Virus record (IMG/VR): IMGVR_UViG_3300024581_000703
Coordinates: 1-28,400 of that record
Strand: one strand, 5' to 3'
Source of the DNA: a virus
DNA length: 28,400 nucleotides
This document shows, in pieces, positions 8,436-14,999 of this stretch (positions are counted from its first letter, which is position 1; each line of letters opens with the position of its first letter). The notes beneath the pieces were generated by a model, which was given only the letters and a program-made list of their open reading frames with translations, did no database searches and was not told the origin of the DNA. Position numbers and translations under genes: made by a program.

Positions 8436-8720
8436 ATGGCATATTACACAGGACAAGAAATTGAGCAGGACCTAAAGGCGACAGTAAAAGAGTTGGACCG
8501 TATGTATAATGGCGGCCCGTACATCTACGACTTTTACCTTGACCCACGGTCAAACCTTGCCGAAATCTATATTGAAAACGAAGGCATTGAACCCGCAGAC
8601 CCTGAAGATTTAAAGGATGTGATGTATGACAACATCGGTTCCATTCTTGACATTTTCGATACTGAGTTAGGGATGGGTGAATACAGTTTTCAAATCATCG
8701 TAGAATACAATCAACTTTAA
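8436..8720 (+). CDS. Small acidic hypothetical protein (94 aa)
   Basis: ATG-initiated ORF 11 nt after the previous stop. D/E/Y rich with few basic residues. Confidence 0.6.
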   Translation: MAYYTGQEIEQDLKATVKELDRMYNGGPYIYDFYLDPRSNLAEIYIENEGIEPADPEDLKDVMYDNIGSILDIFDTELGMGEYSFQIIVEYNQL

Positions 8721-8725
8721 GAAAC

Positions 8726-8941
8726 ATGGATTACGTAAGAGCATTTGAAATGGCCTACGATGCATGGGAAATCCAGGAGGACGCACTGTATCAGGACGTT
8801 TACCTGGGCCACATGGACGACTTCGCAAATGAGTTAGGAATTAGTCGGGACCAGGTTTACGCCGCATTTATGGCTATCGAAAAGGAGTGGCAAATTACAT
8901 TTGAACTGGACAATAGAAACGAGGTGATCGTTTCAGCATAG
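8726..8941 (+). CDS. Small acidic hypothetical protein (71 aa)
   Basis: ATG ORF 5 nt after the previous stop. Acidic and aromatic rich. Confidence 0.55.
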   Translation: MDYVRAFEMAYDAWEIQEDALYQDVYLGHMDDFANELGISRDQVYAAFMAIEKEWQITFELDNRNEVIVSA

Positions 8942-8952
8942 ACAACAGAGAT

Positions 8953-9195
8953 ATGAGAAGCACACCATTAGCAGAATTGGAATACTACGACGAGGGCGCA
9001 ACGATTCTAACCGATTGGGAGGCTGAGGAATTTGTCATGGACGAATTCAGTTACGAGATGAGCAACGACATTCAAATCGTTTTCATCAGCGGAATCAGCC
9101 GTGCAATCTACGTAGGAGAAAAAGCGTACGACCAAAACCAACCCATGTGGGACGCGTACGAATACGCAAAGCAATACGACGACAGCAAAGTATAG
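8953..9195 (+). CDS. Small acidic hypothetical protein (80 aa)
   Basis: ATG ORF 11 nt after the previous stop. Acidic and aromatic rich (EYYDEG, DWEAEEFVMDEFSYEM). Confidence 0.55.
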   Translation: MRSTPLAELEYYDEGATILTDWEAEEFVMDEFSYEMSNDIQIVFISGISRAIYVGEKAYDQNQPMWDAYEYAKQYDDSKV

Positions 9196-9198
9196 ACC

Positions 9199-9447
9199 AT
9201 GGTATTAGAAATTAAAGGTGCCCCTGAGGGCGATTTGTACGACATCTTTTTGGAGGTGATGTACGACGAGGTAGGACAAAAGAGTTTGGATTACGTAGAG
9301 GACGCGTACATCATTGATATGTTCGGTACGCACATCGAAGTACAAGCCGATCCCGACCACCCGAATTGGGATGAGAACGAAAGTGATTTGCAAACGGCAT
9401 ACGAGATTCTCGACGACTTTTACGATTTGGAAGTAACCACTTTCTAA
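9199..9447 (+). CDS. Small, very acidic hypothetical protein (82 aa)
   Basis: ATG ORF 3 nt after the previous stop. By my count about 23 D/E against 2 K/R. Confidence 0.6.
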   Translation: MVLEIKGAPEGDLYDIFLEVMYDEVGQKSLDYVEDAYIIDMFGTHIEVQADPDHPNWDENESDLQTAYEILDDFYDLEVTTF

Positions 9448-9720
9448 ATGCCTTTGAACCCTCTAATTAGCCGCATTTGGGATGGGTTCGTCAATCCAGC
9501 CCATGACGAATTGTTAGTCATGATTGAAGAGTTTCGGGTCGACTATGAGTTTGACCCGCGATTCATGGAGGGGCTGTACGTAGTCGAGGATGCAATCCTG
9601 GATTACGATTATCAGAAAGCCCTGGATACCATGGCCGAAATTGCGCCGTATGATTTCCGCGACATTGATTGGGAAATATTCCAGCGGTTAGCGGAGGAGG
9701 CGTATTTCGACATTAACTGA
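9448..9720 (+). CDS. Small acidic hypothetical protein (90 aa), last gene of the acidic island
   Basis: The ATG immediately follows the previous TAA. D/E/Y/F rich. Confidence 0.6.
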   Translation: MPLNPLISRIWDGFVNPAHDELLVMIEEFRVDYEFDPRFMEGLYVVEDAILDYDYQKALDTMAEIAPYDFRDIDWEIFQRLAEEAYFDIN

Positions 9721-9730
9721 GAGAAAATAA

Positions 9731-9750
9731 ACACCCACATATAATACAGT
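9731..9750 (+). promoter_or_regulatory. ACACCCACATATAATACAGT motif copy immediately before the scaffold-like/capsid operon
   Basis: The 20-nt block ends at the ATG (9751) and is near-identical to 6171-6190. Confidence 0.4.
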
Positions 9751-10326
9751 ATGGCACGACGTAAATTCGAGGAGGACGTGGTAGAGGAAACCACGACTAC
9801 CGAAACAACAGAAAACGTGGAGGACGCAAGCCCCGACCTGCACGACCAATTTGTACAACTTCTTGTTGACATGGGGCTGTCAGCAGAACAAGCCGAAGCA
9901 GTGCATAGTACGGCCATGGACCTTATTAATGCAGGCGAAGGCGAAACAGAAACCACTGAAACAGTGACTGAAGAAACCAAAGTAGAAGCCCGCCGCGCAC
10001 GTCGTGGAATGGGCAAGCGCGGTAAGTATTCGCGCCGTGGGTTCAACGCAGACCGCGATACGCGTCGGGAGCGTTCACGCCACATGGGAGAAGACCGAGG
10101 ACCACGTAATGGTCGCCGCACAGAACTTGCTGCCGATCGCCGTATGCGTCGGTTGGCACGACAGAATCGACAACTGCGTGAGCAGTTGCGGGAATTGGGC
10201 GCGTCACCTGCCGCCCGTCCCATTAGCAACCGACCAACTATGCAGGCACAGCCTGAGGTGAAGTCAAAAGGTTTGGCTAAGACGACAGCGCAGGCATTGG
10301 AAATGATTAATAACTACGGAAAATGA
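9751..10326 (+). CDS. Scaffolding-like protein, putative (191 aa) with bipolar charge
   Basis: Lies directly upstream of, and ATGA-coupled to, the major capsid gene. It has an acidic Thr/Glu-rich N-terminal half, an Arg-rich helical C-terminal half (RRARRGMGKRGKYSRRG...RRMRRLARQNRQLREQLRELG), and no hydrophobic core. Confidence 0.45.
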   Translation: MARRKFEEDVVEETTTTETTENVEDASPDLHDQFVQLLVDMGLSAEQAEAVHSTAMDLINAGEGETETTETVTEETKVEARRARRGMGKRGKYSRRGFNADRDTRRERSRHMGEDRGPRNGRRTELAADRRMRRLARQNRQLREQLRELGASPAARPISNRPTMQAQPEVKSKGLAKTTAQALEMINNYGK

Positions 10327-11372
10327 GTTACCCAGTAATGAGTAATCGGTCCCTGCGTCGCCGACAATTCGCGAACGACGGACCCACGGTCAGCCCGTCT
10401 ACCACCTACGCAGGTGAATCGGCGTTGCCATACGTTGCGCCAGCTTTGAAGTTGGCCGATACCGTTCAAAAAGGATTCGTACGTCAGATTGACGGGATCC
10501 AAAACAAGGCGGTAATTTCTTCATTGTCGAATTCAACGGGTGTAATCCAGGCGGCCAACTGTTCATGGAATGACAAGGACAGCATGGTGTTGGGTGAGCG
10601 CGTATTGACTTTGAGCGACTTGTCTGTTATGGAGGCATTGTGCCGTAAAACTTTGTTGCCAACATGGGTTGGTCAAGGTGGCGCACGTCAAACCATGAGC
10701 GCAGGCAACCCTGAATTCCAGGCGTTCGCAGTGGCAACCATTGCAGGCTACGCAGCACAGGGAGTTGAGAACGGCATTTGGACAGGCGGCATGAGTACAG
10801 GGCAAAAGGGTTTCCTTTCGAATGACGGCGTGTTCGATTCTGCTGGATATAACGCATCTATCTTGGGCACCGCATCTGTTAATGAGGTTGCCGTAGCAGC
10901 GGCAGGCTTTACAATCGGCACTGCGACGACAGGTATTTTGAGTTCAGCAGGCGCGTTCGCTAAGGCGTACGACGAAGCAGTGGCAGATTGTCCCGCTATT
11001 TTGAATCGTACCGACGTGGCGTTCTACGTTGGAACGGCAGTAGCAGGAACGTATATGCAGGCGTTGGCTACCTCAGGTTCACAACAAGGTGTGAATTTGC
11101 AGTCGACTAACCAGGCGTTTGACACGTTGCAATACTTGGGTGTTCCAATTCACGTATGCCCAGGTATGCCTACACAGGCAATCGTTTTGACTTACGAGGA
11201 AAACCTTGTTGTTGGTTCTAACCTGGCTACTGACTTTACAGAGGCACAGGTGATCGACGACTGGCAATACAGCGGGTCCGACCAAATCAAAGTTGTTATG
11301 CGATTTGGTTGCGGCGTTCAGGTAGCTATTCCTGGCGACTGTGTTGTAGGTGCATTGTCAACCGTACTTTAA
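10323..11372 (+). CDS. Major capsid protein (349 aa)
   Basis: Position after the protease and scaffold genes, typical size, and an Ala/Gly/Thr/Val-rich composition. The segment GESALPYVAPALK...NCSWNDKDSMVLGERVLTLSDLSVMEALCRKTL resembles capsid proteins of Bacteroidota phages as I recall them. Confidence 0.7.
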   Translation: MSYPVMSNRSLRRRQFANDGPTVSPSTTYAGESALPYVAPALKLADTVQKGFVRQIDGIQNKAVISSLSNSTGVIQAANCSWNDKDSMVLGERVLTLSDLSVMEALCRKTLLPTWVGQGGARQTMSAGNPEFQAFAVATIAGYAAQGVENGIWTGGMSTGQKGFLSNDGVFDSAGYNASILGTASVNEVAVAAAGFTIGTATTGILSSAGAFAKAYDEAVADCPAILNRTDVAFYVGTAVAGTYMQALATSGSQQGVNLQSTNQAFDTLQYLGVPIHVCPGMPTQAIVLTYEENLVVGSNLATDFTEAQVIDDWQYSGSDQIKVVMRFGCGVQVAIPGDCVVGALSTVL

Positions 11373-11382
11373 TTTTTAGGTC

Positions 11383-11940
11383 ATGGCTTGCGATATTTCA
11401 GGTGGACGAATCGTTGACTGTAAGGATTCAGTCGGAGGTATTAAGGCTGTGTACATTGGGAACTATATTGACATGGTATCCCAAACCGCATGGGCGGCGG
11501 CAACAAACGACACGGTGACGGTGATCGGGACGCAAACATTCTATGAGTTTGAATTGCGGCCTGAGTTGTCATCATTGACTGTTAACTACAACGCCGACCC
11601 TAACAGCGGTACAACGTTCTTTGAACAACAGTTATCGTTGACATTCCAAAAGTTGGACGCGACAGACATTGCAGACATTCGTTTGCTGTGCCAGGGTCGC
11701 CCGAACATTTGGGTGTTGGACAATAACGACAACGCATGGTTGATTGGAGCAGAACACGGTTGCAACGTCACGGGTGGAAGCATTCAGACGGGCACCGCAT
11801 TTGGAGACCTAACAGGTTTTACGTTGGATTTCACAGCTAAAGAAAGCAACCCAATTTGGATTGCATCAGCATCAGCGGGGGCGGGTACTACAAACTACCC
11901 ATTAGACAATGTAACAGGAGCAACTGTTACGGAAGCCTAA
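11383..11940 (+). CDS. Major tail tube protein, putative (185 aa)
   Basis: N-terminus MACDISGGRIVDCKDSVGGIKAVYIGNY and beta-rich composition. It is followed by a strong intrinsic terminator, as expected for a highly expressed structural gene. Function is assigned from recollection only. Confidence 0.45.
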   Translation: MACDISGGRIVDCKDSVGGIKAVYIGNYIDMVSQTAWAAATNDTVTVIGTQTFYEFELRPELSSLTVNYNADPNSGTTFFEQQLSLTFQKLDATDIADIRLLCQGRPNIWVLDNNDNAWLIGAEHGCNVTGGSIQTGTAFGDLTGFTLDFTAKESNPIWIASASAGAGTTNYPLDNVTGATVTEA

Positions 11941-11966
11941 ACTTGCTGGGTTTATGGTTAAGCAGG

Positions 11967-11996
11967 AAAGGGGGGCATTGGTCCCCCTTTTCATTT
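11967..11996 (+). terminator. Rho-independent terminator after the tube-like gene
   Basis: AAAGGGGGG (11967-11975) pairs with CCCCCTTTT (11983-11991) around a 7-nt loop CATTGGT, and is followed by a T-rich tail. Confidence 0.75.
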
Positions 11997-12016
11997 GAAA
12001 ACGATTTAGGCATTTG

Positions 12017-12025
12017 GCATATATT
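12017..12025 (+). promoter_or_regulatory. Degenerate motif copy GCATATATT between the terminator and the 12031 gene
   Basis: catttgGCATATATTagggtATG. Confidence 0.3.
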
Positions 12026-12030
12026 AGGGT

Positions 12031-12384
12031 ATGTTGCAGATTACCAATGCGAACACGGCACAGTCCGTATATTTGAAACTGGACAATTACGGCAGCGGTC
12101 CCGTGCGATTAACGTTCACGAATCAGTACAGCGGCCAAACGTTCGAATTCACAGGCACCGTAGTGGTAAATAACGACAGGTATCAGGAAATCCAAATAAC
12201 GCCCCCAGGAGGCACGAACGCCATGCAGGAGGGGTTGTACCTTGTCGTGGTCGAGAACTGGGCACAGACGGCCCTGTGTGCGTCCAGGCTGGCATTTGTG
12301 GCCAGTGTCCCCGCGTTCAGTGAGGCGACGTACACAACATACACCGAAGGAGACACAGACGCATACAAGGTATACACACCATGA
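12031..12384 (+). CDS. Hypothetical beta-rich protein (117 aa), possibly a virion decoration or accessory protein
   Basis: ATG ORF just after the terminator and a CATATAT-type motif. It is ATGA-coupled to the portal gene. Confidence 0.55.
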   Translation: MLQITNANTAQSVYLKLDNYGSGPVRLTFTNQYSGQTFEFTGTVVVNNDRYQEIQITPPGGTNAMQEGLYLVVVENWAQTALCASRLAFVASVPAFSEATYTTYTEGDTDAYKVYTP

Positions 12385-14393
12385 ACAGACAGCAGTTTAA
12401 CATTCTCAACTATCAATCCACGAACACACCCGTATTTGAGGAATCGCGTACGCATGAATGGATTGACGAGGGAAAGGATAATCTATACCCCCACTATTTA
12501 GAGGAACTGTACGTCAGTTCCAGCATTCACAGTGCCATTATCAATGGGGTGGCGCAAATGATTTATGGTGAGGGGTTGGATGCTGTATACAAGGACTTTA
12601 ATGTTGAGCAGTGGCTTAAGGTGCAACAGTTGTTCACCGACCAGGAATGCCTAAAACGATGTGCGTTAGACCTGAAACTGTACGGGCAATGTTTCTTTAA
12701 CATCATTTGGTCGCAGGACAGGTCAACCGTTTCAGAGGTTCACCACGTCCCCGCCGCTACTATTCGATGTGGTGTAGCAGATGACGAGGATAAGGTGACT
12801 GAGTTCTACCACAAAACGGATTGGTCCGATCAGAAAATACAGCCACAGGTTATCCCTGCGTTCAATACGTCCGATCGTACAGCAGCCAGTCAAATAGTAC
12901 ACTGCAAACTGTACAACCCATTATCGTTTTACTACGGGTTGCCCGACTACCTGGGCAGCACAAACTACATTGAGGTAGACGCAAACCTCAGCGAGTACCA
13001 CCTTAACAGTATTAACAACGGGTTTTTTCCTTCAACCATTCTTTCATTCAACGACGGTGTACCCACCGAAGAAGAGCGTGCAGAACTGGAACGGTTAGTG
13101 TATTCCAAATTTGGTAGTGCATCGAATGCAGGAAAAATCTTAATGACATTCAACGATACCAGCGAGAACGCACCCACCGTTGAATCGTTCAATGTAAGCG
13201 ATTCACACAAAGTGTTTGACTACTTGTCCAAGGAAGTAGTCGTAAAGATTCTCAGCGGGCACCGCGTAACATCGCCACTGTTGTTTGGTATTCGAAACGA
13301 AGGCGGTGGGTTTGGTTCAAATGCAGAGGAAATGAAGGATGCGTACGACCTGTTTTACAACACGGTTATTATTCCATTCCAACGGATCCTGTTAGACGGC
13401 TTGCGACCCGTATTTGCAGCGGCAGGTATTACACTGGATTTGTATTTCAAGCCGCTAAAACCTGCATCGTTCCTTACCGTTGACACCTTGTTTGGACAAG
13501 CAAGTGGAGCAGACACTGCCGACAAGGATGCGAGTTACAACGGCGCACAAATTGCATCGGCGGTTGAGGTATTGGTTAAGGTCCAGGAGGGTATTATTAC
13601 TGAGGAGCAGGCTAAGGTGTTCCTGGTTCAGATGTTGCAGTTTACGCCTGAGGTTGCAGACGCATTGTTTGTCCAGGGCATTGATGCAATTGCAGCCGTG
13701 GAGAAAGAAGAGGATACCGAGGAGGCCGTAGCCGAAACCCAGTTGTCAAAAAAAAAAAGTAGCGACGACAAGGAATGGTTAGAGATGTTGCGGGGCGTGG
13801 ACAGTAGGTTAGGCAACGATTGGTGGTTACTACGCAGCGACGAGGTAACAGATACCACCACTGACCATGCTTTGTACAACGCAAAAATGCAGTTGTTCTA
13901 CAAAGAGTACGGTGACAATTTCGAAGAGATAAGCCCTGAGCGCGACATCATTAGCAAGGACGGGTACCTGTTTGCTGTACGCTACTATTACGAGGAGACA
14001 GCACAAACGCCACCCGTAAACCCCAACTATGAGTCCCGCGAATTTTGCCAGGAAATGATGGAGTTGTCCCTGGACGGTGTGCAATACCGTTGGGAGGATT
14101 TGGTACGTATGGAGCGCGACGGGGTAAACGGGGACTTTGCACCCAGTGGCCAGTCAAAGTACAGTATTGTAGATTGGAAAGGAGGGGTGTACTGCCGTCA
14201 TGGTTTTGTAAGAAACATCTACGTGTACGCGCCAGGCGGTGAGTTGGCAGAGGATGTGCAGGAGAAAGAAATCGAAGGCGCGTGGGACGACGTGATGCGG
14301 AAGGTAGGTAACAACTTTGAAGTTGAACAACCAGGTTTTGAAATCGTGGCACCAATTGACACGCCGTCAAGGGGTTCACTTAAATACGGATAA
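12381..14393 (+). CDS. Portal protein fused to a C-terminal MuF / SPP1 gp7-like minor head protein domain (670 aa)
   Basis: The N-terminal ~450 aa look portal-like (YPHYLEELYVSSSIHSAIINGVAQMIYGEGL, NYIEVDANLSEYHLNSINNGFFPS, FGIRNEGGGFGSNAEEMKDAYDLFYNTVIIPFQ). An acidic linker and an A11 tract follow. The C-terminal ~200 aa carry SREFCQEMMEL...YRWEDL...YSIVDWKGGVYCRHGF, which resembles the Cys/His signature of MuF-like minor head proteins. Confidence 0.7.
   Translation: MNRQQFNILNYQSTNTPVFEESRTHEWIDEGKDNLYPHYLEELYVSSSIHSAIINGVAQMIYGEGLDAVYKDFNVEQWLKVQQLFTDQECLKRCALDLKLYGQCFFNIIWSQDRSTVSEVHHVPAATIRCGVADDEDKVTEFYHKTDWSDQKIQPQVIPAFNTSDRTAASQIVHCKLYNPLSFYYGLPDYLGSTNYIEVDANLSEYHLNSINNGFFPSTILSFNDGVPTEEERAELERLVYSKFGSASNAGKILMTFNDTSENAPTVESFNVSDSHKVFDYLSKEVVVKILSGHRVTSPLLFGIRNEGGGFGSNAEEMKDAYDLFYNTVIIPFQRILLDGLRPVFAAAGITLDLYFKPLKPASFLTVDTLFGQASGADTADKDASYNGAQIASAVEVLVKVQEGIITEEQAKVFLVQMLQFTPEVADALFVQGIDAIAAVEKEEDTEEAVAETQLSKKKSSDDKEWLEMLRGVDSRLGNDWWLLRSDEVTDTTTDHALYNAKMQLFYKEYGDNFEEISPERDIISKDGYLFAVRYYYEETAQTPPVNPNYESREFCQEMMELSLDGVQYRWEDLVRMERDGVNGDFAPSGQSKYSIVDWKGGVYCRHGFVRNIYVYAPGGELAEDVQEKEIEGAWDDVMRKVGNNFEVEQPGFEIVAPIDTPSRGSLKYG
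13748..13758 (+). other. A11 homopolymer inside the portal gene, at the portal / MuF-like domain boundary
   Basis: tcAAAAAAAAAAAgtagcg. The in-frame reading is SKKKSS. The -1 frame hits TAG at 13760-13762, and the +1 frame hits TAG eight codons past the tract. Confidence 0.9.
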
Positions 14394-14396
14394 TAC

Positions 14397-14966
14397 ATGG
14401 CTACGCTATACATCAGCCCCTCAATTTTAAAACGCGACACGGCATTGGGGTCGACCGTGGATGACAACCTTTTGCAGCCCTACATTCGGATCGCGCAAGA
14501 CAGGTGGATTCTGCCTGCCTTGGGTACCCAGTTAGACAACAAACTCAAAACAGACATTGGGGCAGGTACGGTAACGGGTGTATACCAAACTTTGTTGGAG
14601 GAGTACATACAACCTGCGTTGGTACAGTTGGCATTCAGCGAGGTTGCGTACGTGGTGCGGTTGCGATTCGCAAACAACACCGTCACGGTCGGTAGCAGTG
14701 AGCAGGGCAGCAGCGCGTCGATGCAAGATATTCGCAAGGTGGTGGAGCAGTCCAATGAGATCGGGATGTTCTACCGTGAACGCATGATTGAATACTTGAC
14801 CTTTAATAGCGGGTCATTCCCTGAGTATACCAGCAACACAGGCGCGGACTTAACACCAAGTAAACGAAACTATTTTGGAGGACTCAACGTGTACCCCACC
14901 CTCACCACAGACAACCAAGTTAAAGCCTTCGCAACGGCAATCGGCCTTAAGTATTTCGGCGCGTGA
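14397..14966 (+). CDS. Head-tail connector/adaptor protein, putative (189 aa)
   Basis: Lies immediately after the portal gene. The pattern LLQPYIRIAQDRWILPALGTQLDNKL resembles head-tail connector families as I recall them. Confidence 0.4.
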   Translation: MATLYISPSILKRDTALGSTVDDNLLQPYIRIAQDRWILPALGTQLDNKLKTDIGAGTVTGVYQTLLEEYIQPALVQLAFSEVAYVVRLRFANNTVTVGSSEQGSSASMQDIRKVVEQSNEIGMFYRERMIEYLTFNSGSFPEYTSNTGADLTPSKRNYFGGLNVYPTLTTDNQVKAFATAIGLKYFGA

Positions 14967-14999
14967 GAATGTGCGTAAGCTAAAAATATACCTGGACAA

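Noticed and set aside
9612-10229. 205-aa minus-strand ORF, Arg/Ser-rich
   Set aside because: It is exactly antisense to the highly charged scaffold-like gene. Its low-complexity composition is typical of a shadow ORF, it has no neighbouring minus-strand genes, and it would break an otherwise strictly unidirectional genome.
11856-12173. 105-aa + strand ORF bridging the tube-like gene end and the next gene
   Set aside because: It runs straight through the strong terminator hairpin (11967-11996) and overlaps two better-supported ORFs in other frames.
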